DNA of 32,000 nt from Yeosuana marina (lineage in GTDB: Bacteria > Bacteroidota > Bacteroidia > Flavobacteriales > Flavobacteriaceae). Shown piece after piece: positions 25,225-32,000 of the stretch. Location of the stretch: the NCBI RefSeq assembly GCF_011762485.1, contig NZ_JAAKGI010000025.1:13228-45227 (forward strand). The letters run 5' to 3'. Under the pieces are notes generated by a model. It saw only the letters and a program-made list of their open reading frames with translations, was not told the origin of the DNA and searched no databases. Numbering within the stretch: position 1 is the stretch's first letter; each line of letters begins with the position of its first letter. The position numbers were made by a program, and so were the translations under genes.

Positions 25225-26055
25225 ATGTACCGATTACTAAATATAGAATTTCAAAAACTAAGACATAACAGAGCAAGCAAAATATTAATTATTACTTATT
25301 TTGTTCTGCTTACTTCAATTGCGCTTATAGCTGCCATAAAGTTTGATATTGGCCCTATAAAATTTCATTTAGCCGAAATGGGTATTTTTAATTTCCCCTA
25401 TATCTGGCATTTCAACAGCTATATAGCCGCTTTTTTTAAGCTATTCCTTGCTATCGTTATTGTGTCCATGATGGCCAATGAATACAGTAATAAAACGTTA
25501 AAACAAAATTTAATTGACGGATTAAGTAAAAAGGAGTTTGTTTTGTCTAAGTTTTACACCGTAATTGTGTTTGCTTTAGTTTCTACTTTATTTTTATTTG
25601 TGGTGTCTTTACTGTTGGGCTTAGGGTTTTCAAATTATACTGAATTAAGTATCATTTTCTCTGATTTAGATTATTTGTTAGCCTTTTTTGTAAAACTAGT
25701 TGGATTCTTTTCATTTTGTTTATTCTTAGGAGTTTTAGTAAAACGCTCTGCATTTGCTTTGGGGTTTTTATTTGTATGGCAATTTATTGAAGGTATTGTA
25801 TTTGGGGTTTTACGTTGGAAAACCGATGCTGAAACAGCAACAAGTGTAATGCAATTTTTTCCTTTAAACTCAATGTCAAACCTTATAAAACAACCGTTTT
25901 CAAGATTGAGCGCTGTACAATCAGTTGCCAACCAAGTTGGTGAAAAATTTGATTTTGATTATGCTGTACACTGGTATGAAATAGTGATTGTTTTGGGTTG
26001 GACTGCCATATTTGTCTTTTTATCGTTCAGATTGTTAAAAATACGTGATTTATAA
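25225..26055 (+). CDS. ABC-2-type transporter permease
   Basis: 276 aa with about 6 hydrophobic segments. It starts 1 nt after the ATPase stop. Confidence 0.7.
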   Translation: MYRLLNIEFQKLRHNRASKILIITYFVLLTSIALIAAIKFDIGPIKFHLAEMGIFNFPYIWHFNSYIAAFFKLFLAIVIVSMMANEYSNKTLKQNLIDGLSKKEFVLSKFYTVIVFALVSTLFLFVVSLLLGLGFSNYTELSIIFSDLDYLLAFFVKLVGFFSFCLFLGVLVKRSAFALGFLFVWQFIEGIVFGVLRWKTDAETATSVMQFFPLNSMSNLIKQPFSRLSAVQSVANQVGEKFDFDYAVHWYEIVIVLGWTAIFVFLSFRLLKIRDL

Positions 26056-26082
26056 TATCTTTTGATAGTTTTGCTATTGAAG

Positions 26083-28797
26083 ATGAAAAAAATTACATTT
26101 CTATTTATTTTCCTATGTTTAGGGTTTAAATCACTGGGGCAAAGCGAAGCCGCTAATTGGTATTTTGGTTACGGTGGAGGTATTCGTTTCAATCAAACTA
26201 GTAACAGTATTACATCTCTAAATGACGGTCAATTATTCACCAATGAAGGTTGTACGTCTATTTCTGATGATACGGGAAGCTTATTGTTTTATACAGATGG
26301 CACAAGGGTTTGGAACAAAAATCACCAAATTATGCCAAATGGAACTGGTTTATATGGAGATTCTTCGAGTACACAATCTGCTATTATAGTTCCTAAACCA
26401 AATGATCCCAATATTTATTATATTTTTACTGTTGATAATTGGTTAGACAATACTAACTATGGATTAAATTATTCAGAAGTCGATATCACACTTGATAGTG
26501 GCTTGGGGGCCGTAACCAATAAAAATATAAACTTACTCAAAGAGAGTTCAGAAAAAATTACAGCGGTATTAAAAGATTGTATAACCAAATCCATTTGGGT
26601 GTTGTCTTTTGCTTCTGAAAATGGAGATACCAGTATATATAATACATACCACGCTTTTGAGGTGAGCAACGCAGGTATTAATCCTGTTTCTGTTAAATCT
26701 ACATTTAGTAATTTATCTGTAGATGATGCTCGTGGGTATTTAAAACTATCTCCAGACGGTACTAAAGCAGCATCAGCAAATGTTAATAATGGGCTATATC
26801 TATATGATTTTGACACATCAACAGGCATCATTAGCAACCAACAATCATTGGTCATAACTGGTGAAAGTAGATTTCCTTATGGTGTAGAATTCTCTCCAAA
26901 TAGCCAGCTATTGTATGTTCATGCCTCGAATAATTTTTTTAGTAATGATTACGCAGAATCCGAAAATCCTGCTAATCATCATTCAGTTTTAATTCAATAT
27001 AACCTATCTGCAACAGACATTCAGAGTTCTGCTATTGTATTAGATAATCGTAATTTATATCGAGGTGCTTTACAATTAGGTCCTAACGGAAAAATTTACA
27101 GAGCCTTAAGTAGAACGTACAATGAAGGGATGTCTTATCTTGGAGTGATAAATAATCCTGACAATATTGGAACAGCAAGTAATTACGTTCATAACGGTAT
27201 TAATATTTCCCCTAATTTATCAGCGCAAGGACTTCCTCCTTTTATAGCTTCTTTTTTTAATACTGAAATTGATATTATCAAAAACGGAGAAAGTAATATC
27301 AACTTAGAACTTTGTGAAGGTGATACATACACCCTTTCTTCCGAGAATATACCTGGAGCAACCTATTCTTGGAGTAAAGATGGTAATCCATTATCTGAAA
27401 CTAGTTTTGAATTAAAAGATATCACCACAAGTGGTCATTACGAAGTTTATATAGACCCTAATAATGGAGATTGTGCTATAGAAGGGCAAGCGTATGTCAT
27501 TTTTAATAAAAATCCTGAAGCTTATAATTCTACTATATTTCAATGCGATGAAGACGGAACCAAAGATGGTATTACTATTTTTAACCTTAATGAAGCAAAT
27601 GATGATTTAACTGCAGGCATTGCTGATAGATCAACTAAATTTTATACCGATAATGCCAGATTAAACGAAATACATAACCCTAATTCTTATAAAAATACAT
27701 CAAGTACTCAAACCATTTATGTTGATGTTATTAATGATATTACGGGATGCTCTTCCGAAGCTGAGCTTATTTTAAACGTTAGCATTACCGATGCAAACGA
27801 TACCGAGCTTATCGTCTGTGATGATGACGGTGTTGAAGATGGTTTTTATTTATTTAACTTATCTGATGCAGATTCGAATATTATAAATGGTCTTCCTAAT
27901 GGTTTAATAATCGCCTATTATGAAGCCTATGAAGATGCTTTAATTGAGCAAAATCAGTTACAAAGTACATTTAAAAATAAGATGCCATACTCTCAAACTA
28001 TTTATGCACGCGTTGAAAATGCTAATAATTGCTATGGTATTAGTGAGGTTGAATTAACGGTGAACACACTACCTGATATTATTACAGATGATGTAGCTTA
28101 TTATTGTATCAATACATTCCCAACTACTATTACTTTAAACGCTGGCATTATAAACGACAATCCTAACAACTATACCTACAGTTGGTCTAATGGAGAAACG
28201 AGCTATAACATTCAGATAAATCAACCTGGCACCTATTCTGTTTTGGTGACCAATGCTAATAATTGTTCTAAAGAAAGAACTGTTGTCGTGGAGCCTTCAA
28301 ACATTGCAACTTTTGAATCTATTGATATTGTTGACGCTACGCAAAACAATATTATTACAGTCTTGGTTTCTGGTGAAGGCACTTATGAATACAGGTTACT
28401 CGATAAAAATAACACCATCTACAGACCCTATCAAGAAAGTAATGTCTTTGAAAATATATCTCCAGGTTTTTATACCGTTTATGTAAAAGACATAAAAAAT
28501 GACTGTGGAAGCATCAATAAGTTAATCTCGGTCATCGGGTTTCCAAAATATTTTACTCCAAATAATGACGGTGTTAATGATAGATGGCAGGTTTTTGGAG
28601 TCTCTGATGTTTTTCAACCAAATTCTAATATTTTAATCTATGACCGCTATGGCAAACTGCTTAAACAATTAAGCCCATTAGAAGCTGGTTGGGATGGTAC
28701 TTTTAATGGTAAAAAACTTCCAACTGATGATTATTGGTTTTCTGTTAAACTGCAAGATGGAAGAATCTTTAAAAACCATTTTACACTAAAATATTAA
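26083..28797 (+). CDS. T9SS type-B sorting-domain surface protein
   Basis: Signal peptide MKKITFLFIFLCLGFKSLGQ. N-terminal NWYFG...GIRF...LLFYTDG...VWN domain common in Bacteroidota giant surface proteins. C-terminus FPKYFTPNNDGVNDRWQVFG...DRYGKLL...WDGTFNGKKLPTDDYWFSVKL fits the type-B (CHU_C/gliding-associated) CTD. The ORF-track TTG 26062 is replaced by ATG 26083. Confidence 0.85.
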   Translation: MKKITFLFIFLCLGFKSLGQSEAANWYFGYGGGIRFNQTSNSITSLNDGQLFTNEGCTSISDDTGSLLFYTDGTRVWNKNHQIMPNGTGLYGDSSSTQSAIIVPKPNDPNIYYIFTVDNWLDNTNYGLNYSEVDITLDSGLGAVTNKNINLLKESSEKITAVLKDCITKSIWVLSFASENGDTSIYNTYHAFEVSNAGINPVSVKSTFSNLSVDDARGYLKLSPDGTKAASANVNNGLYLYDFDTSTGIISNQQSLVITGESRFPYGVEFSPNSQLLYVHASNNFFSNDYAESENPANHHSVLIQYNLSATDIQSSAIVLDNRNLYRGALQLGPNGKIYRALSRTYNEGMSYLGVINNPDNIGTASNYVHNGINISPNLSAQGLPPFIASFFNTEIDIIKNGESNINLELCEGDTYTLSSENIPGATYSWSKDGNPLSETSFELKDITTSGHYEVYIDPNNGDCAIEGQAYVIFNKNPEAYNSTIFQCDEDGTKDGITIFNLNEANDDLTAGIADRSTKFYTDNARLNEIHNPNSYKNTSSTQTIYVDVINDITGCSSEAELILNVSITDANDTELIVCDDDGVEDGFYLFNLSDADSNIINGLPNGLIIAYYEAYEDALIEQNQLQSTFKNKMPYSQTIYARVENANNCYGISEVELTVNTLPDIITDDVAYYCINTFPTTITLNAGIINDNPNNYTYSWSNGETSYNIQINQPGTYSVLVTNANNCSKERTVVVEPSNIATFESIDIVDATQNNIITVLVSGEGTYEYRLLDKNNTIYRPYQESNVFENISPGFYTVYVKDIKNDCGSINKLISVIGFPKYFTPNNDGVNDRWQVFGVSDVFQPNSNILIYDRYGKLLKQLSPLEAGWDGTFNGKKLPTDDYWFSVKLQDGRIFKNHFTLKY
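27511..28073 (+). repeat. two tandem copies of the ~91-aa two-Cys module (protein-level repeat)
   Basis: FQCDEDGTKDGITIFNL...QTIYVDVINDITGCSSEAELILNV and LIVCDDDGVEDGFYLFNL...QTIYARVENANNCYGISEVELTVN. The Cys codons at 27544 and 27817 are 91 codons apart. Confidence 0.7.
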
Positions 28798-28918
28798 GAC
28801 GGTTATACCTAAAACTAACAAAACTGCGTTTTGAACGATATATTTTGAGTTTCCTCTAAATATATCTAATTTTCAGGCTAAATTAATCCAAAAACAGTAT
28901 GCTGTTTTTCCCAAATAA

Positions 28919-31900
28919 ATGAAAGTAAAAAGACACCTACAATATTATGCTCTTTTAGTACTACTACTTTGTACCAGTAGTACTATGCTTTCTCAACAAA
29001 TTACGGTAGACTCTTCGATTCCTCTAGATCAACTTGTGTTAAACAATTTGGTTCAAGGTTGTGTTCAAATTTCTAATATCACATCTTCTGTTAACGGTAG
29101 TTCTTACGGATTATCAAGCTATGCCTATTTTAATAAAGGAAGTTCAAACTTCCCTTTTCAAGATGGGGTTATGTTGTCTACTGGTAATGCAGAATCTGGT
29201 GGAAATGGCGTACGAACACCAACACTGAGCGAAGGGTCAACCATATGGGGAACTGACTCTGATTTAGAAACAGCATTAGGCATTACTAATACACTAAATG
29301 CTACCTCCATAGAATTTGATTTGGTCTCGTCATCAAATCTGGTTCAGTTTAATTACTTATTAGCTTCTGAAGAATATTTTGGTATCAATCCATGTCAGTT
29401 TTCTGACGGATTTGCTTTTTTAATTAAAGAAACTGCTAGTGCTGGTCCATATCAAAATATTGCGGTTGTGCCAGGCACATCTACCCCTGTTAACACAAAC
29501 ACCATACATGATGAAATTTATGGAGTCTGTCCTGCTCAAAATGATCAATATTTTGATGGCTATAATGTTGGAGACACTAACTTTAATGGGAGAACAGTTC
29601 CATTAATAGCATCTGCTAATATTGTCCCTTACGTACAATACCATATTAAACTAATTATTGCTGACCAAACAGATTTAAATTATGATTCTGCTGTTTTTAT
29701 TGAAGGTATCAGTTTTGATAATTTAAACTTGGGTGATGATATTGTTACCTGTTTAAATTCAACCATACTGGATGCGGACATACAAAATCCACAAGCTTCC
29801 TATACGTGGTTTTTAAATGGTAATCCTATCAACGGACAAACAAGTTCCTCTTTAAATGCTACCCAAGATGGTGTTTATAAAGTAGAAATTTCGGTGCCAT
29901 TAAACAATAACACTTGTCTTCTTGAAGACGAAATTCAAGTTACGTTAAACTCTGAGCCACCTGTAGATCCAATTTCAGATTATCTGTTATGTGATGATTT
30001 AAGTGGAGATGCAACTGAAATTTTTGATCTTCAAACTAAAAATACTGAGATTTTAAGTAGCCTCCCTCCTGCTAATTATAATAATTTGAAATACTATTAC
30101 AATGAGTCTGATGCAAGAAGTGGTATAAACCCCATAACAACTCCTATATCAAACACATCAAACCCGCAGCAAGTTTTTGTTGCCATAGAAAATTTAGATA
30201 CAGGATGTTTTTCTTATGCTCCCATTAATTTAGTTGTAAACCTAATACCAAATATTGCTACACCTTCCACTTTAGAGGTTTGTGATAATGATGCAACGCC
30301 TAATGGCATAACAGATATAAACTTAACCCTTAAAGATAGTGAAATAGCTAACGGACAAGCAAATGTATCCGTATCCTATCATTTTACGCAAGCTGATGCC
30401 CTTACTGGTAATAACCCCATAATATCACCTTATGTAAATGCTAGCTCTCCAAATTCAGAATCCTTTTTTGTTAGAGCTACTGATACACTTTCAAGCTGTT
30501 TTAATGTAACTACACTTGATGTTAATATTACAAATAGCCCCATAATTAATAGAGATACTCAATACATTGATGCCTGTGACACCGATCATGATAGTTTTGC
30601 TAGTTTTGATTTAACCGAAGTTATACCTAATGTATTAGATGGTTTATCACCAACAGGACTTACCATCACGTTTCATGAAACTTTTGATGATGCAGAATCT
30701 GGAAGTAACCCCATACCTAATCCAACAAATTATCTAAATACAGCCCCAGATGTTCAAACCGTTTTTATAAGGGTTCAAGATGACTCAACAGGATGCCCAA
30801 CCATTGTCCCTATAGAAGTTCATACTAATTTATTACTAACTGGAACAAGTATTGAAGACTTCGCCTTATGCGATGATGCAGCTAATGATGGTATTGCCGA
30901 TTTTTATCTCAATATTATTACAACTCAAATAGCTAATGAGTTACCAAATATTGATGTTACCTATTATGAAAACGAAACTGACTTAATAAATAATAATACA
31001 GCAAATGCTTTAGACCCCGGAGTTCCATATACCGCTACAAGTCCACAAATACTTTATATTAATATTGAAAATACGGTTACTGGTTGCAATGAGCAAGCTG
31101 AAATAAAATTATTGGTAAACCCTATTTTATTATTTGAACCCGTAACACCGCTTCAATATTGTGATGATAATGATGATGGCATAGTAAATGTGGATTTGCA
31201 TTCACTAGATGAAACCGTCAATAGTGGAAACACAAACTTTGAAGTTCATTATTTCCTGACGCAACAAGATGCTGAAGATAATAGTAACGAATTACCTCCT
31301 TTATACCCTGTTTCAGGCAGCACCACATTATTTGCAAGAATTGTTAATGTAGATTCTGGTTGCCGTACCGTAAATTCATTTGATATTTCTATTGTTCCAG
31401 CGCCCACAATTTCACAACCAAGCGATTTTATAATTTGTGATGATGATCAAGATGGTTTTTCTACTATAAATCTTGAAAGCAAAATCCCGGAAATAGTTGC
31501 AGATACTACAGGATTAACTATTAGTTTTTTCACTTCTTTAAATGATGCTGAATCAGGAAGTAATCGAATAACAAACCCAGGGTCTTACAGTTCTAACACT
31601 CAAAATATTTACGTAAGAATTGCCAGTACCTCATCTAGCTGTTATACTATTGCCACCATTAGTGTTATTGTGAGCACAAAACCTGTATTCCCTACAATTA
31701 TTGATTATGAAATTTGCGAAGATGATGGCGACGGAAAAGCTGAGTTTTTATTATCTGATAAAGACAATGAAATTTTAAACGGCCAAGCAGGAAAAGAAGT
31801 GTTCTATTTTGAAGACTCAAATTACACCATTCCGATAGATAAAAATACGTTATACACCAATATTTCAAGTCCGCAAACTATTTATGTTAGAGTTCAAAAC

Positions 31901-32000
31901 ACTATTGACCCAAGTTGTTATGGTGACTCGTCATTTACAATAGTAGTTTCTTCAAATCCTGATTATAATATAAACTTCAAAGATTATTTAGTTTGTGATG
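28919..32000 (+). CDS. large surface protein: choice-of-anchor-L-like N-terminal domain followed by tandem two-Cys modules; open at the window edge
   Basis: Absent from the ORF track because no stop falls in the window. ATG 28919 gives MKVKRHLQYYALLVLLLCTSSTMLSQQ (signal peptide). Then LLASEEYFGINPCQFSDGFAFLIKE...VPGTSTPVNTN...YHIKLIIADQTDLNYDSAVFIEGISF, the choice-of-anchor L pattern. I read about 360 codons by eye without a stop, and the frame was verified at 8 later repeat checkpoints. Confidence 0.8.
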   Translation, partial: MKVKRHLQYYALLVLLLCTSSTMLSQQITVDSSIPLDQLVLNNLVQGCVQISNITSSVNGSSYGLSSYAYFNKGSSNFPFQDGVMLSTGNAESGGNGVRTPTLSEGSTIWGTDSDLETALGITNTLNATSIEFDLVSSSNLVQFNYLLASEEYFGINPCQFSDGFAFLIKETASAGPYQNIAVVPGTSTPVNTNTIHDEIYGVCPAQNDQYFDGYNVGDTNFNGRTVPLIASANIVPYVQYHIKLIIADQTDLNYDSAVFIEGISFDNLNLGDDIVTCLNSTILDADIQNPQASYTWFLNGNPINGQTSSSLNATQDGVYKVEISVPLNNNTCLLEDEIQVTLNSEPPVDPISDYLLCDDLSGDATEIFDLQTKNTEILSSLPPANYNNLKYYYNESDARSGINPITTPISNTSNPQQVFVAIENLDTGCFSYAPINLVVNLIPNIATPSTLEVCDNDATPNGITDINLTLKDSEIANGQANVSVSYHFTQADALTGNNPIISPYVNASSPNSESFFVRATDTLSSCFNVTTLDVNITNSPIINRDTQYIDACDTDHDSFASFDLTEVIPNVLDGLSPTGLTITFHETFDDAESGSNPIPNPTNYLNTAPDVQTVFIRVQDDSTGCPTIVPIEVHTNLLLTGTSIEDFALCDDAANDGIADFYLNIITTQIANELPNIDVTYYENETDLINNNTANALDPGVPYTATSPQILYINIENTVTGCNEQAEIKLLVNPILLFEPVTPLQYCDDNDDGIVNVDLHSLDETVNSGNTNFEVHYFLTQQDAEDNSNELPPLYPVSGSTTLFARIVNVDSGCRTVNSFDISIVPAPTISQPSDFIICDDDQDGFSTINLESKIPEIVADTTGLTISFFTSLNDAESGSNRITNPGSYSSNTQNIYVRIASTSSSCYTIATISVIVSTKPVFPTIIDYEICEDDGDGKAEFLLSDKDNEILNGQAGKEVFYFEDSNYTIPIDKNTLYTNISSPQTIYVRVQNTIDPSCYGDSSFTIVVSSNPDYNINFKDYLVCD
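29960..32000 (+). repeat. at least 7 tandem copies of a 92-98-aa two-Cys module (protein-level repeat), continuing past the window
   Basis: The in-frame leading Cys codons of C-D/E-D/N-D motifs fall at 29990, 30281, 30575, 30869, 31160, 31436, 31715 and 31994. Spacings are 97, 98, 98, 97, 92, 93 and 93 codons. Confidence 0.75.

Noticed and set aside
24327-26055. Identification of the ABC pair as gliding proteins GldA/GldF
   Set aside because: The ATPase length (298 aa) is similar. However, the N-terminal sequence does not match what I recall of GldA, the permease is longer than GldF, and no gldG follows. It is kept as a generic ABC-2 exporter.
23466-28486. ORFs 23466-23759, 25076-25276, 25671-25931, 26469-26855 and 28253-28486
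   Set aside because: They are antisense or out of frame within the kinase-like gene, the ABC genes and the T9SS cargo gene, so they are shadow ORFs.
1-32000. Search for CRISPR arrays, IS elements, integrases, phage or conjugation genes, and toxin-antitoxin pairs
   Set aside because: I saw no regularly spaced direct repeats and no transposase-, integrase- or recombinase-like ORFs. No tRNA-adjacent island boundary was evident; the tRNA pair is followed directly by the conserved crt cluster.

Overview
AT-rich (about one-third G+C by eye) chromosomal segment that looks like a Bacteroidota/Flavobacteriaceae genome. Supporting signs are several exact TTG-N19-TAnnTTTG or TAnnTTTG promoter boxes, a split transketolase, DUF5606-def-ruvX synteny and T9SS type-B cargo proteins. 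I call about 36 protein genes and 2 tRNAs; no rRNA, CRISPR array, transposase, integrase or phage gene was seen. Main blocks, in order:
- (1) tgt (partial), split tkt, a beta-barrel OMP, an FKBP-like lipoprotein, an S4 protein, a phosphoribosyltransferase, aroK, tRNA-Lys(UUU) and tRNA-Leu(GAG).
- (2) A zeaxanthin-type carotenoid cluster: a MerR/B12-binding regulator followed by crtI-crtB-crtZ-crtY.
- (3) Housekeeping genes: a TlpA-like thioredoxin, DUF5606, def, ruvX and dapD.
- (4) An LPS-core-like set of three glycosyltransferases plus a Kdo/InaA-type kinase.
- (5) tsaC, a GxxExxY cassette, then cca-GNAT-ctaA.
- (6) An MM3350-like acidic protein lying tail-to-tail with an unassigned kinase-like ORF.
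- (7) An ABC-2 exporter followed by two large T9SS-type surface proteins, the second running off the window.

Most worth a second look:
- An inverted-repeat-bounded GxxExxY (PD-(D/E)XK-like) cassette fills the tsaC-cca intergenic space, and its ORF carries an in-frame TGA.
- An orphan 353-aa ORF has an ordered protein-kinase-like motif set.
- A ~92-98-aa two-cysteine tandem module is shared by both T9SS cargo proteins.
- The crt regulator carries CarH-type Wx9EH/ExHxxG photoreceptor motifs, with repeated promoter-proximal elements nearby.

All functional calls come from motif and family recognition by eye. No database search or computation was run.
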